Of a stretch of DNA of 64,000 bases, positions 63,362 through 64,000 are shown piece by piece; within the stretch, counting starts at the first letter, position 1; each line of letters starts with the position of its first letter. Below the pieces are notes generated by a model. That model saw nothing but the letters and a program-made list of their open reading frames with translations, had not been told where the DNA came from and made no database searches. Source of the stretch: Octopus vulgaris (lineage: Eukaryota); the NCBI GenBank assembly GCA_951406725.2, contig OX597831.1, forward strand, positions 49,724,001 to 49,788,000. Direction: 5' to 3'. Both the position numbers and the translations under genes were made by a program.

Positions 63362-64000
63362 CGTTCCGACAAATGTAATTTGAAAAACTAACCCCAGCTT
63401 TCTGTGCCAAAACAGACATATATTAATATTTGAAGCTTTTTAAACAATGAATCTAAGTTTCACGTCGCCAATTATTCAAATGACAGACGTAGAAATGTAC
63501 CGTGATTAAGCAAAAAAATTCTCATTCATTGAAATTTCATTGGTTAGAAAATGCTCGTTTGAAATCCATCATCCGTTCATTTATTCAACTTTATTCACCG
63601 AACAGTTGATAAGTCCTTGTAAATCCATCTTTTCATAATTTTCTCTATTACGAGTATAAAATTTGTACATACAAGTAAAACAGCTATTAGTTATGAAGTT
63701 TTACTCTTAATGGATATAGAATTGTTTTCTCTTTAATTATGTCCTTGATTCAGTTCGTGTCAAATCCTTATGTGGAAAATAACCTATTTTAGCCTGTAGC
63801 TGGTTGAAAATTTCAGCACAGATAAACGAACAAAATTGAAAATTTTAAAGTAAATTGACATATTGAAGAGCAGTTTAACTGCAAATGAGCTATATTATAG
63901 ATTATATTCCAAGGTAAATCTAATAACTTGTATGTATTACCGACCCTTAGATGAAGTACATTATTTCGAATTTCATAATAGTTTACATTTGTTTCATTTA

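Larger units (their letters stand above)
62594..63418 (-). mobile_element. Non-coding element with direct repeats of about 295 bp, each holding a hammerhead (retrozyme-like or PLE pLTR tandem)
   Basis: 62594-62888 is approximately equal to 63124-63418; unique spacer of about 235 bp; ends in (TA)n. Confidence 0.8.

Overview
AT-rich, microsatellite-saturated eukaryotic non-coding DNA. The SINE families and repeat texture point to an Octopus/coleoid genome (inference, not checked). I can support no host protein-coding exon, and almost every ORF in the track is (TA)n/(CA)n/(TATG)n noise. The window is a transposon mosaic: four tRNA-headed SINE families, a full-length frameshifted DD34D mariner, a decayed DD37D maT, several Helitrons, RTE and R4/Dong-type LINE relics, a piggyBac-type MITE and many Penelope-like element (PLE) remnants. 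Two things stand out. (1) A young PLE (Naiad-like, 10833-13342) has a GIY-YIG endonuclease ORF interrupted by one in-frame TGA exactly at the second Cys of the conserved CxxC. The frame continues for 37 codons through the conserved C-x-H tail, and a weak SECIS-like pattern follows, so this is a candidate selenocysteine-recoded retroelement. (2) Several complete type I hammerhead ribozyme motifs are present, including two tandem copies 531 nt apart in about 295-bp direct repeats (62594-63418), a retrozyme/circular-RNA-like layout. All calls are by-eye pattern recognition; no search or folding was run.
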